Shown: positions 31,137 through 44,076, counted from the stretch's first letter. The stretch is 64,000 nucleotides of DNA from Escherichia coli (GCF_001677475.2 NZ_CP015229.1), one strand, 5' to 3'. A program made the numbers and translations. The notes: generated from the letters alone by a model not told the origin.

Positions 31137-31329
31137 GGTACAGTGGCGCTGTGTTTTGGAAATGATATTTTTGTATTTAACCTGCTGATTAGATAGTAAA
31201 ATAAACTTCGTGCAGATAGCTTACTTTATCAGGGTGTGGCGGTAGCGTATGAACTATGATGCGGTGGTTTCAGGAATGTACGTACAAAATCGATAGTACG
31301 ATCCTCCAATCAGGTAGATTTGCTGCCCT

Positions 31330-31734
31330 GATCCGATAGGGCTAAGAGGCGGGCTGAACCTGTATGCTTATGCGCCTAATCCGCTGAAATATATTGATCC
31401 ACTCGGATTAAAAAAAGAGCTCTGTAATGGAACTACTCGTGTGCGGCATTATACTAATCGTAAAGGTTCAAATGCGATTGCTGAAAGTGGGATAATTAAG
31501 GCGCATGATAACGGTCGTGTATATTTGGAACCTGCGAATAAAAAACCACTCAGTCAAGTAGACATAGAGGCGAAATATCAAATAGGTCGTGGGAAAGGTA
31601 GAGATTATGTGGATACAGATGTATCTAACGAGCAATTAGAGTGGGTAACAAACCCTCGATATCATATAGATGAATTGACTGTGAAAGGTGATATTATTCT
31701 TTCTGAAAATGCAAAAATAACTCGGCGTAAATAA
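31330..31734 (+). CDS. orphan Rhs C-terminal toxin cassette D (starts at the DPIGL core tail; no ATG, in-frame GTG at 31441)
   Basis: In-frame DPIGLRGGLNLYAYAPNPLKYIDPLGLKKELCNGTTRVRHYTNRKGSNAIAESGIIKAHDNGRVYLEP…; frame opens after a stop at about 31315. Confidence 0.65.
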   Translation, partial: DPIGLRGGLNLYAYAPNPLKYIDPLGLKKELCNGTTRVRHYTNRKGSNAIAESGIIKAHDNGRVYLEPANKKPLSQVDIEAKYQIGRGKGRDYVDTDVSNEQLEWVTNPRYHIDELTVKGDIILSENAKITRRK

Positions 31735-31735
31735 T

Positions 31736-32062
31736 ATGAATAAAAACAATGATGTAATTAATATACCCGGAAAGGATGCCCTTTATATTCTAAGTGAGGT
31801 AGAGTACATATTGATATCACTTAAGAATATTGCAAGGTATTATTTCAATGGTATAGAACAGAACGTTATTGATGATAAATTGTTGAATTCTTACTTTAAA
31901 GAAACCACTAAATTTATTGATGATAAAAATATTACACATCGATTGGCTGAAATAAGAAGGGTTATTACTGAAAATTTTAATACTGATCTTGGAGATGATG
32001 ATATGGATGATATTGAGAGAGAAATAGAAAAGATAAAATGTTGGGAGAAGCCGGGTGATTAA
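31736..32062 (+). CDS. putative immunity protein for orphan toxin D (108 aa)
   Basis: AT-rich ORF starting 2 bp after the toxin stop; acidic C-terminus. Confidence 0.65.
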   Translation: MNKNNDVINIPGKDALYILSEVEYILISLKNIARYYFNGIEQNVIDDKLLNSYFKETTKFIDDKNITHRLAEIRRVITENFNTDLGDDDMDDIEREIEKIKCWEKPGD

Positions 32063-32067
32063 TATAA

Positions 32068-32096
32068 AACGGGAAGGCATGTAGCCTTCCCGTTGA
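32068..32096. terminator. possible terminator hairpin after cassette D (weak T-run)
   Basis: CGGGAAGGCatgtaGCCTTCCCG followed by ttgag. Confidence 0.35.
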
Positions 32097-32127
32097 GCCT
32101 GTCAATCATTCTGTGTAAATGCCTTTC

Positions 32128-32583
32128 TCAGAAGTGACCGTCAAGGCAGTCCCCGAACTCGATAATAAAGCGACTCATGGCTATCCGCCAGTCCTGAAGT
32201 GGCATCGTCCATTTCTGTGAGGCTGACTGGATAGCCAGCCACACCACTTTTTTCACCGAGTCGTCTGTCGGGAACACTTTCCGTTTCTTTATCGCATGTC
32301 TGATGACGCTATTCAGCGATTCGATTGCGTTAGTGGTGTAGATAACCTTGCGGATCGCCTCCGGGTACACGAAGAAGGTGGCAACATTCGGCCAGTTTGC
32401 CCGCCAGCTGCGACTTATCTGCGGGTACCGTGCATCCCATTCCTTCCCGAACGCATCCAGCGCCTGCAACGTGCCTTCTTCCGTGGCTGCGCGGTAAACC
32501 TGTTTCAGGTCACGGGTTACCGCTTTATAGTCTTTCCACGCCACGAACCGCAGGCTGTTGCGTACCATGTGTACTATGCACAA
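32128..32583 (-). pseudogene. IS256-family (mutator-type) transposase, C-terminal fragment
   Basis: 151-aa ORF …VYPEAIRKVIYTTNAIESLNSVIRHAIKKRKVFPTDDSVKKVVWLAIQSASQKWTMPLQDWRIAMSRFIIEFGDCL; far shorter than an intact transposase; abuts H-repeat copy 2. Confidence 0.7.
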
Positions 32584-32597
32584 CTGGATCTGCGTCT

Positions 32598-33576
32598 CAG
32601 GGAAAGATCACGTAACGCTACTTTTTTGTACTAAATAATTGGCATTTTATGTTTAAAAATTGAGATATTCCTCATTACCTAAAGCTGTTTTTTTATTGCT
32701 TATACATGATCAAGTACTCCTTACATAATTAAGGAGAACAAAATGGAACTTAAAAAATTGATGGAACATATTTCTATTATTCCCGATTACAGACAAGCCT
32801 GGAAAGTGGAGCATAAATTGTCAGATATTCTACTGTTGACTATTTGTGCCGTTATTTCTGGTGCAGAAGGTTGGGAAGGTATAGAGGATTTTGGGGAAAC
32901 ACATCTCGATTTTTTGAAGCAATATGGTGATTTTGAAAATGGTATTCCTGTTCACGATACTATTGCCAGAGTTGTATCCTGTATCAGTCCTGCAAAATTT
33001 CATGAGTGCTTTATTAACTGGATGCAAGATTGCCATACTTCAGATGATAAAGACGTCATCGCAATTGATGGAAAAACACTTCGGCATTCTTATGACAAGC
33101 GTCGCCGCAAGGGAGCGATTCATGTCATTAGTGCGTTCTCAACAATGCACAGTCTGGTCATCGGACAGCTCAAGACGGATGAGAAATCTAATGAGATTAC
33201 AGCTATCCCTGAACTTCTTAACATGTTGGATATTAAAGGAAAAATTATCACAACTGATGCGATGGGTTGCCAGAAAGATATCGCAGAGAAGATACAAAAA
33301 CAGGGCGGTGATTATTTATTCGCTGTAAAAGGAAATCAGGGGCGGCTTAATAAAGCCTTTGAGGAAAAATTTCCACTGAAAGAATTAAATAATCCAGAGC
33401 ATGACAGTTACGCAATGAGTGAAAAGAGTCACGGCAGAGAAGAAATCCGTCTTCATATTGTTTGCGATGTCCCTGATGAACTTATTGATTTTACGTTTGA
33501 ATCGAAAGGGCAGCTATGGACAGAAACTACCTGACGTCAGTCCTTGCGGGGAGCGGGCTTTCGTAATCTTGCCCTG
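32598..33576 (+). mobile_element. H-repeat (ISAs1-family) element, copy 2, internally deleted (about 0.3 kb missing), no target duplication
   Basis: Same termini as copy 1 (CAGGGAAAGATCACG…CGTAATCTTGCCCTG); transposase ORF jumps from …FTFE to the element's final about 15 codons; flanks differ. Confidence 0.7.
32743..33534 (+). pseudogene. ybfD: H-repeat-associated transposase, truncated (263 aa; YbfD-like)
   Basis: N-terminal 250 aa about 95% identical to the copy at 26521; C-terminus replaced by [10 protein letters not shown] through the internal deletion; sits next to ybgA as ybfD does in K-12. Confidence 0.6.
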
Positions 33577-33651
33577 CTACAACAGGATTAACTTCACAAA
33601 CATCATTTACCAACGTCTACACTTACTCCTGTTAATATCTCAGGAGCAGTA

Positions 33652-34161
33652 ATGAATCAGCAACGATTTGATGACAGCACCCTAATCCGTATCTTCGCCC
33701 TTCATGAGTTACATCGACTGAAAGAACATGGCTTAACGCGCGGGGCGCTTCTCGATTATCACAGCCGCTATAAACTCGTCTTTCTGGCTCATTCCCAGCC
33801 GGAATACCGCAAACTTGGCCCGTTTGTGGCTGATATTCATCGGTGGCAAAGTCTGGATGACTATTACAACCAGTACCGCCAACGCGTAATTGTTTTGCTT
33901 TCTCACCCCGCCAACACGCGCGATCACACTAACGTTTTGATGCACGTTCAGGGATATTTTCGCCCACATATTGATTCCACAGAACGCCAGCAGCTGGCGG
34001 CGCTTATCGACAGTTATCGCGGTGGCGAGCAACCGCTTCTTGCGCCGCTGATGCGTATCAAACACTATATGGCGCTTTATCCTGACGCCTGGCTTTCAGG
34101 GCAGCGTTATTTCGAACTTTGGCCGCGTGTGATTAACTTGCGCCATTCAGGAGTTTTATGA
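33652..34161 (+). CDS. ybgA: YbgA (DUF1722 protein, 169 aa)
   Basis: ORF MNQQRFDDSTLIRIFALHELHRLKEHGLTRGALLDYHSRYKLVFLAHSQPEYRKLG…; overlaps phr start. Confidence 0.9.
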   Translation: MNQQRFDDSTLIRIFALHELHRLKEHGLTRGALLDYHSRYKLVFLAHSQPEYRKLGPFVADIHRWQSLDDYYNQYRQRVIVLLSHPANTRDHTNVLMHVQGYFRPHIDSTERQQLAALIDSYRGGEQPLLAPLMRIKHYMALYPDAWLSGQRYFELWPRVINLRHSGVL

Positions 34162-35576
34162 CTACCCATCTGGTCTGGTTTCGCCAGGATTTACGTCAGC
34201 ACGATAATCTCGCGCTGGCTGCCGCCTGCCGCAATTCGTCTGCGCGCGTGCTGGCGTTGTATATCGCTACCCCACGCCAGTGGGCGGCGCATAATGTGTC
34301 GCCGCGTCAGGCTGAACTTATCAATACACAACTTAATGCGCTGCAAAACGCGCTGGCGGAAAAAGGTATTCCTTTATTGTTCCGTGAAGTGGATGACTTT
34401 GTCGCCAGCGTCGAAATAGTTAAACAGGTGTGCGCGGAAAACCGCGTTACTCATCTTTTTTATAACTATCAGTATGAGGTGAATGAGCGGGCGCGGGATG
34501 TGGAAGTTGAAAGAGCGCTGCGTAACGTGGTGTGTGAAGGATTTGATGACAGCGTGATCCTGCCGCCGGGGGCGGTGATGACTGGCAATCATGAGATGTA
34601 CAAAGTCTTTACGCCATTTAAAAACGCCTGGCTGAAACGGCTGCGGGAAGGGATGCCGGAGTGCGTCGCTGCGCCAAAAGTACGTAGTAGTGGATCGATA
34701 GATCCCGCGCCATCCATTACGCTGAATTACCCTCGTCAGTCTTTCGATACTGCGCATTTCCCGGTGGAAGAAAAAGCGGCGATTGCGCAATTACGCCAGT
34801 TTTGCCAGAACGGTGCCGGAGAGTACGAGCAACAGCGAGATTTCCCTGCGGTAGAAGGCACCAGCCGTTTGTCCGCCAGCCTGGCAACGGGCGGGTTATC
34901 GCCTCGCCAGTGTCTGCATCGCCTGTTGGCGGAACAGCCGCAGGCGCTGGACGGTGGGGCCGGTAGTATCTGGCTTAATGAGCTGATCTGGCGCGAGTTT
35001 TACCGTCATCTGATAACGTATTACCCCTCGCTGTGTAAACATCGTCCGTTTATTGTCTGGACCGACCGCGTGCAGTGGCAGAGCAATTCCACGCATTTAA
35101 AGGCCTGGCAGGAAGGCAAAACGGGATACCCGATTGTTGATGCTGCCATGCGTCAGCTTAACAGCACTGGCTGGATGCATAACCGGCTACGGATGATTAC
35201 AGCCAGTTTTTTGGTGAAAGATTTATTGATCGACTGGCGCGAAGGTGAGCGATATTTCATGTCGCAGCTGATTGATGGTGATTTGGCAGCCAATAACGGT
35301 GGCTGGCAGTGGGCCGCTTCAACCGGAACCGATGCAGCGCCGTATTTTCGTATTTTTAATCCGACAACCCAGGGCGAGAAATTTGACTGCGAAGGCGAGT
35401 TTATCCGCCGGTGGCTACCAGAGTTGCGCGATGTACCAGGGAAAGCGGTGCATGAGCCGTGGAATTGGGCAGATAAATCAGGTGTGACGCTGGATTATCC
35501 GCAACCGATAGTCGATCACAAAGAAGCGAGAGTACGAACGTTGGCAGCGTATGAGGCGGCGAGGAAGGGGAAATAA
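34158..35576 (+). CDS. phr: deoxyribodipyrimidine photolyase (472 aa)
   Basis: ORF MTTHLVWFRQDLRQHDNLALAAACRNSSARVLALYIATPRQW…; photolyase/cryptochrome FAD-binding region WREFYRHL. Confidence 0.93.
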   Translation: MTTHLVWFRQDLRQHDNLALAAACRNSSARVLALYIATPRQWAAHNVSPRQAELINTQLNALQNALAEKGIPLLFREVDDFVASVEIVKQVCAENRVTHLFYNYQYEVNERARDVEVERALRNVVCEGFDDSVILPPGAVMTGNHEMYKVFTPFKNAWLKRLREGMPECVAAPKVRSSGSIDPAPSITLNYPRQSFDTAHFPVEEKAAIAQLRQFCQNGAGEYEQQRDFPAVEGTSRLSASLATGGLSPRQCLHRLLAEQPQALDGGAGSIWLNELIWREFYRHLITYYPSLCKHRPFIVWTDRVQWQSNSTHLKAWQEGKTGYPIVDAAMRQLNSTGWMHNRLRMITASFLVKDLLIDWREGERYFMSQLIDGDLAANNGGWQWAASTGTDAAPYFRIFNPTTQGEKFDCEGEFIRRWLPELRDVPGKAVHEPWNWADKSGVTLDYPQPIVDHKEARVRTLAAYEAARKGK

Positions 35577-35671
35577 CAGACGCGTCAGGCAATCTTGCCC
35601 GGATGCCGGATACTGCGTGATGAACTGCACCCCAAATGTTGGACATAATCTGACATCTGAAGGTGCAGTTT

Positions 35672-36189
35672 ATGAAACATTCATTTGAAGTAAAACTTGC
35701 CGCTGTAAATCATTACCTGGCTGGTCATGCAGGCATCATTTCTACGGCAAAACTCTTTCAACTTTCTCACACCAGCCTCTCACACTGGATTAATCTTTTT
35801 CTTCTTCACGGTCCTCGGGCACTGGATTGCAGACACAAGCGTAGCTATTCTCCTGAAGATAAACTTTGCGTGGTTCTTTATGCTCTCGGGCATTCTGAGT
35901 CTCTACCCCGGGTAGCTGCCCGGTTTAACATTCCCAGCCACAACACGGTTAAAAACTGGATAAAAGGCTACCGCAAATCTGGTAATGAGGCCTTTATCAG
36001 GCGCAGGAAGGAGAAAAGCATGACCCGTTCTGATGATACCCATGAAAACGAGGCAAACATGACGCCGGAAGAGATGAAGAATGAGCTGCGTTATCTTCGC
36101 GCAGAAAATGCATATCTGAAAGCCATGCAGGAGCATCTCCTGGAAAAAAAGCGCCAGGAGCTGGAGAAAAAACGAAAGTCATCCGGAGC

Positions 36190-36193
<4 letters not shown>
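35672..36193 (+). CDS. insJ: IS150 OrfA (InsJ, 173 aa)
   Basis: MKHSFEVKLAAVNHYLAGHAGIISTAKLFQLSHTSLSHWINLFLLHG…; helix-turn-helix plus leucine zipper typical of IS3 OrfA. Confidence 0.85.
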
Positions 36194-37052
<859 letters not shown>

Positions 37053-37158
37053 GAACGCCTTCTCCGGCTTGGCAAATAGTGCAAATTCAATATATTGCAG
37101 GGACATCCAGGCCTGATAAGACGCATTAAGCGTCGCATCAGGCATCGGTGCTGGCCTG

Positions 37159-38823
<1,665 letters not shown>

Positions 38824-38910
38824 TTAATATGTCAAAAGATTGGCTATCGACGAACAGGCGAGGTAACGCTATGTTAACGGAGTAGCTATCAGAATACGGA
38901 AGGCGCGAAG

Positions 38911-39654
38911 ATGAAAAACACCGAACTGGAACAACTGATTAACGAAAAACTGAACAGCGCGGCGATTAGTGATTACGCGCCGAATGGTTTGCAGGTGGAA
39001 GGCAAAGAGACGGTGCAAAAAATTGTTACCGGTGTCACTGCCAGCCAGGCTTTGCTCGATGAGGCAGTGCGTCTGGGCGCGGATGCGGTCATTGTGCATC
39101 ATGGCTACTTCTGGAAAGGCGAATCTCCGGTCATTCGCGGCATGAAGCGTAACCGTTTAAAAACGTTGCTGGCGAATGATATCAACCTGTATGGCTGGCA
39201 TTTGCCGCTTGACGCACATCCTGAACTGGGCAATAACGCACAGCTGGCGGCGTTACTGGGGATCACGGTCATGGGCGAAATTGAGCCGTTGGTGCCGTGG
39301 GGCGAACTGACTATGCCTGTGCCGGGACTGGAGCTGGCTTCCTGGATTGAAGCGCGTCTGGGACGTAAGCCGTTATGGTGTGGCGATACCGGACCTGAGG
39401 TGGTCCAGCGCGTCGCCTGGTGCACGGGCGGCGGGCAAAGTTTTATCGATAGCGCCGCGCGTTTTGGCGTGGATGCTTTTATTACTGGCGAAGTTTCTGA
39501 ACAGACCATTCATTCAGCCCGCGAGCAGGGATTGCATTTTTATGCTGCGGGTCACCATGCCACTGAACGCGGTGGTATTCGCGCATTGAGCGAGTGGCTG
39601 AATGAAAATACCGATCTTGATGTGACCTTTATTGATATTCCTAATCCTGCATAA
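38911..39654 (+). CDS. ybgI: YbgI, Nif3-family metal-binding protein (247 aa)
   Basis: ORF MKNTELEQLINEKLNSAAISDYAPNGLQVEGKETVQKIVTGVTASQALLDEAV…. Confidence 0.93.
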   Translation: MKNTELEQLINEKLNSAAISDYAPNGLQVEGKETVQKIVTGVTASQALLDEAVRLGADAVIVHHGYFWKGESPVIRGMKRNRLKTLLANDINLYGWHLPLDAHPELGNNAQLAALLGITVMGEIEPLVPWGELTMPVPGLELASWIEARLGRKPLWCGDTGPEVVQRVAWCTGGGQSFIDSAARFGVDAFITGEVSEQTIHSAREQGLHFYAAGHHATERGGIRALSEWLNENTDLDVTFIDIPNPA

Positions 39655-39676
39655 CGAATAATCAGAGGGATCGAAA

Positions 39677-40333
39677 GTGCAACGAGCGCGTTGTTATCTG
39701 ATAGGTGAAACGGCGGTAGTACTGGAACTGGAACCGCCGGTGACGCTGGCTAGCCAGAAACGGATCTGGCGACTGGCACAGCGTCTGGTGGATATGCCGA
39801 ATGTGGTTGAAGCCATTCCTGGCATGAACAATATCACAGTGATTTTGCGTAATCCTGAGTCGCTGGCGCTGGATGCCATAGAGCGTTTGCAACGCTGGTG
39901 GGAGGAGAGTGAGGCGCTGGAGCCGGAGTCTCGCTTTATTGAAATTCCGGTGGTTTACGGTGGCGCAGCCGGACCGGATTTGGCGGTGGTCGCGGCGCAT
40001 TGTGGATTGAGCGAAAAACAGGTTGTTGAATTGCACTCCTCCGTGGAATACGTGGTCTGGTTTTTAGGTTTTCAACCGGGCTTCCCGTATCTCGGGAGTT
40101 TGCCGGAACAACTACACACGCCACGGCGCGCTGAACCGCGCTTGCTCGTTCCGGCAGGTTCTGTCGGGATCGGCGGGCCGCAGACCGGTGTTTATCCGCT
40201 GGCAACGCCGGGTGGCTGGCAGTTGATTGGTCATACATCACTCAGCCTGTTTGATCCGGCGCGTGACGAACCCATCTTATTACGTCCGGGAGACAGCGTG
40301 CGCTTTGTACCCCAGAAGGAGGGAGTATGCTGA
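39677..40333 (+). CDS. pxpB: 5-oxoprolinase subunit B (PxpB/YbgJ, 218 aa)
   Basis: [58 protein letters not shown]…. Confidence 0.9.
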   Translation: MQRARCYLIGETAVVLELEPPVTLASQKRIWRLAQRLVDMPNVVEAIPGMNNITVILRNPESLALDAIERLQRWWEESEALEPESRFIEIPVVYGGAAGPDLAVVAAHCGLSEKQVVELHSSVEYVVWFLGFQPGFPYLGSLPEQLHTPRRAEPRLLVPAGSVGIGGPQTGVYPLATPGGWQLIGHTSLSLFDPARDEPILLRPGDSVRFVPQKEGVC

Positions 40334-41252
40334 AGATTATTCGTGCGGGCATGTATACCACTGTGCAGGATGGCGGTCGTCACGGTTTTCGCCAGTCGGG
40401 TATCAGCCACTGCGGCGCACTGGATATGCCCGCGTTACGCATTGCTAACCTACTGGTGGGTAATGACGCCAATGCCCCCGCGCTGGAGATCACGCTCGGT
40501 CAGTTAACGGTTGAGTTCGAAACTGATGGGTGGTTTGCTCTGACGGGGGCCGGTTGCGAAGCGCGGCTGGATGATAACGCCGTCTGGACCGGCTGGCGCT
40601 TGCCGATGAAAGCAGGTCAGCGTTTAACGCTTAAACGCCCGCAGCACGGGATGCGCAGTTATCTGGCGGTCGCGGGTGGTATTGATGTTCCGCCGGTAAT
40701 GGGGTCATGCAGTACCGATCTCAAAGTGGGGATTGGTGGGCTGGAAGGCCGTTTACTGAAGGATGGTGACCGACTCCCGATGGGTAAATCGAAGCGTGAT
40801 TTTATGGAAGCGCAGGGCGTTTGCTGTGGGGCAACCGCATTCGCGCCTTGCCGGGGCCGGAATATCATGAGTTCGATCGCGCCTCGCAGGATGCATTCTG
40901 GCGTTCGCCCTGGCAGCTTAGTCCGCAAAGTAACCGCATGGGCTATCGCTTACAGGGGCAAATTTTAAAACGCACCACCGATCGCGAACTGTTATCTCAC
41001 GGTTTGTTACCGGGCGTGGTGCAGGTGCCACATAACGGGCAGCCGATTGTGTTGATGAACGACGCACAGACCACCGGTGGTTATCCGCGTATTGCCTGTA
41101 TCATCGAGGCTGATATGTACCATCTGGCGCAAATTCCGCTCGGTCAGCCGATTCATTTTGTCCAGTGTTCACTGGAAGAAGCACTGAAAGCACGGCAAGA
41201 TCAGCAACGTTATTTCGAACAATTAGCGTGGCGGCTGCACAATGAAAATTGA
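40327..41252 (+). pseudogene. pxpC: 5-oxoprolinase subunit C (PxpC/YbgK) with an apparent frameshift near 40820
   Basis: ORF 40327..40968 covers the N-terminal about 165 aa ([47 protein letters not shown]…EAQGV), then the protein continues in another frame (ORF 40821..41252: LWGNRIRALPGPEYHEFDRASQDAFWRSPWQL…); the two parts sum to the expected about 310 aa. Confidence 0.75.
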
Positions 41253-41976
41253 CCTGAACGCCGATCTGGGCGAAGGCTATGCCAGCGACGCAGAGCTATT
41301 AACGCTGGTTTCCTCTGCCAATATTGCCTGTGGATTTCATGCAGGCGATGCGCAAACCATGCAGGCTTGCGTGCGTGAAGCAATAAAAAATGGTGTTGCG
41401 ATTGGCGCTCACCCGAGTTTTCCCGACAGGGAAAATTTTGGGCGCAGCGTCATGCAGCTGCCGCCAGAAACCGTTTACGCCCAGACGCTGTATCAAATTG
41501 GCGCGCTGGCAACGATTGCCCGTGCGCAAGGCGGTGTTATGCGTCATGTCAAACCTCACGGCATGTTATACAACCAGGCAGCGAAAGAGGCACAACTGGC
41601 AGACGCCATCGCCAGAGCGGTATACGCTTGCGATCCGGCATTGATTCTCGTCGGGCTGGCGGGAAGCGAGCTGATTCGTGCAGGCAAGCAATATGGCCTG
41701 ACAACGCGCGAGGAAGTGTTTGCCGATCGCGGTTACCAGGCTGACGGCTCGCTGGTGCCGCGAAGCCAGCCAGGCGCGTTGATTGAAGACGAAGAACAGG
41801 CGCTTGCGCAAACGTTGGAGATGGTGCAACACGGCAGAGTCAAAAGTATCACCGGCGAATGGGCAACGGTCACGGCGCAAACGGTCTGCCTGCATGGCGA
41901 CGGCGAGCACGCACTGGCATTCGCCCGCCGACTACGCTCTACATTTGCCGAAAAGGGGATTGTTGTCGCAGCATAA
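41242..41976 (+). CDS. pxpA: 5-oxoprolinase subunit A (PxpA/YbgL, LamB/YcsF family, 244 aa)
   Basis: [71 protein letters not shown]…. Confidence 0.92.
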   Translation: MKIDLNADLGEGYASDAELLTLVSSANIACGFHAGDAQTMQACVREAIKNGVAIGAHPSFPDRENFGRSVMQLPPETVYAQTLYQIGALATIARAQGGVMRHVKPHGMLYNQAAKEAQLADAIARAVYACDPALILVGLAGSELIRAGKQYGLTTREEVFADRGYQADGSLVPRSQPGALIEDEEQALAQTLEMVQHGRVKSITGEWATVTAQTVCLHGDGEHALAFARRLRSTFAEKGIVVAA

Positions 41977-42011
41977 CCCCGTTTAATAAAGAATGAAAAA
42001 AGGATATCACC

Positions 42012-42803
42012 ATGCCTGAAGGCCCGGAGATCCGCCGTGCAGCGGATAACCTGGAGGCGGCGATCAAAGGCAAACCACTAACTGATGTCTGGTTTGCCTT
42101 CCCGCAGTTAAAATCTTATCAATCACAACTTATCGGTCAACACGTTACCCATGTGGAAACGCGTGGTAAGGCGTTGTTAACTCATTTTTCCAACGAATTA
42201 ACGCTCTACAGCCATAATCAGCTTTACGGCGTCTGGCGCGTGGTTGATACCGGCGAAGAGCCGCAGACTACGCGAGTATTGCGGGTAAAACTGCAAACGG
42301 TTGACAAAACTATTCTGCTTTATAGCGCCTCGGATATTGAGATGTTGACGCCGGAACAACTGATCACGCATCCGTTTTTACAACGAGTCGGCCCCGATGT
42401 GCTGGATCCGAATCTGACGCCGGAGGTGGTAAAGGAACGGTTATTGTCGCCGCGCTTTCGTAACCGTCAGTTTGCTGGATTACTGCTCGATCAGGCGTTT
42501 CTGGCTGGGCTTGGCAATTATTTGCGGGTGGAGATCCTCTGGCAGGTTGGGTTGACTGGAAATCATAAAGCGAAAGATCTCAATGCGGCGCAACTGGATG
42601 CACTCGCACACGCGTTACTGGATATTCCTCGATTTTCCTACGCTACGCGGGGGCAGGTGGATGAGAATAAGCATCATGGGGCGCTGTTTCGCTTTAAGGT
42701 TTTTCATCGTGATGGCGAACTGTGCGAACGCTGTGGCGGCATCATTGAGAAAACCACGCTGTCATCTCGCCCGTTTTACTGGTGCCCTGGCTGTCAGCAC
42801 TAG
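42012..42803 (+). CDS. nei: endonuclease VIII (263 aa)
   Basis: [37 protein letters not shown]…; N-terminal PEGPE catalytic motif and C-terminal zinc finger CERCGG…CPGCQ. Confidence 0.93.
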   Translation: MPEGPEIRRAADNLEAAIKGKPLTDVWFAFPQLKSYQSQLIGQHVTHVETRGKALLTHFSNELTLYSHNQLYGVWRVVDTGEEPQTTRVLRVKLQTVDKTILLYSASDIEMLTPEQLITHPFLQRVGPDVLDPNLTPEVVKERLLSPRFRNRQFAGLLLDQAFLAGLGNYLRVEILWQVGLTGNHKAKDLNAAQLDALAHALLDIPRFSYATRGQVDENKHHGALFRFKVFHRDGELCERCGGIIEKTTLSSRPFYWCPGCQH

Positions 42804-43846
42804 GCCGTACGTTTCGGCGCATAGGTTGAAATAAACCGCGCAATGGCTGGTCCCGTCAGCAAAATACTGAACAGGCGCAGGGTTTGCATCGCCATAATGA
42901 GCGCCATATCGGCATTGCTCCCTGCGGCGATGACCGCCACGGTATCAAGCCCGCCGGGGCTGGTGGCGAGGTAGGCAGTCATAAAATCAATGTGCATAAA
43001 TCGGGTCAGTCCCCACGCCATACCCGCACAAATAGCCAGCAGAGCAAAAATCGACAGCAGGATTTGTGGCAGTGGGCGCAATGCCCGCAGTAATATTTGT
43101 TTATCGAAACCAAGACCAATCCGCCAACCAATTGCCATATACGCCATCGCCAGCAGCCATTCTGGTAGTTCGATGGTGATGAGCTGACCAGACTGGAGCA
43201 CTGCGCCCGCCAGCATCGGGATGAGCATCGTGCCGGAAGGAAGACGTAGCAAGCATCCCGCCGTACCGGCAACGACCGCGAGCAAAATCGTAAGCAGGAG
43301 ATTAATGCTCACTGGCGGAAACCAGACGATCTGCTGGTTAACCGCTTCAGCGTTATCGCCCAGCATCATGCGGGTGACCAGAACAGCGGCCCCCGCGACG
43401 AACAGCACTCGCAGATATTGCATAAACGCCACCAGGCGAATATCTGCGCCGTAATCTTGCGCCATAGCGACCATTGCCGCCGCGCCGCCAGGAGAGGAAC
43501 CCCAGGCACCGGTATTTCCAGGCAATGAGCTATAGCGCACCAATAACCAACCCACAATGGCGCTGGAAAGCAGCGTTACCAGTAAAATTGCAAGCACGAT
43601 CGGCCAGTTGACGGCCAGGGTGGTGAGAATCGAACCAGTGAGGTTTTGCGCAATCATGCAGCCAAGAATGGCCTGGGCGGCGAGAAAAGCGGAGCGGGGA
43701 AGTTGCAGAGTAATTCCGCGCATACTAAAGATGATCCCGGCGATCATCGGCCCAAGTAATAGCGCCGCCGGGAGATGTACCGCGAGGAAACCAATAGAAA
43801 GGAGAAGTGATAGCACACATAACATTCCCCACTGCAAAACTGGCAT
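42800..43846 (-). CDS. abrB: AbrB (AidB regulator; putative membrane transporter, 348 aa)
   Basis: ORF 42800..43924 contains [44 protein letters not shown]…; start chosen at MPVLQW. Confidence 0.85.
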   Translation of the reverse strand: MPVLQWGMLCVLSLLLSIGFLAVHLPAALLLGPMIAGIIFSMRGITLQLPRSAFLAAQAILGCMIAQNLTGSILTTLAVNWPIVLAILLVTLLSSAIVGWLLVRYSSLPGNTGAWGSSPGGAAAMVAMAQDYGADIRLVAFMQYLRVLFVAGAAVLVTRMMLGDNAEAVNQQIVWFPPVSINLLLTILLAVVAGTAGCLLRLPSGTMLIPMLAGAVLQSGQLITIELPEWLLAMAYMAIGWRIGLGFDKQILLRALRPLPQILLSIFALLAICAGMAWGLTRFMHIDFMTAYLATSPGGLDTVAVIAAGSNADMALIMAMQTLRLFSILLTGPAIARFISTYAPKRTA

Positions 43847-44076
43847 CCTTCGCTCCCTCATTATTTTCTCTTTGGTGTATCGATACAGCATAAAGAAAGC
43901 TGGGCCAGGAAAAAATAACAGCAATCAAGGAAAAGGGGAAAATCAGCAATTTTCTGAAAGAGATGCCCTTTCCGGCGGCAAAGGGCATCATGGTAAATCA
44001 GTTATAGTTAATCTTAAAAAGCACCACTGTATCGAAGGGGCCAGCCTCGATGGGGGTGCCTGCAATGGACGAAAGT

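Noticed and set aside
30849-31196. 115-aa plus-strand ORF overlapping SymE copy 4
   Set aside because: Antisense to the conserved SymE-like frame seen in four copies; translation not conserved between repeat units
33419-33652. 77-aa ORF spanning the right end of H-repeat copy 2 into the ybgA upstream region
   Set aside because: Crosses an IS boundary and lacks start context; likely a chance ORF
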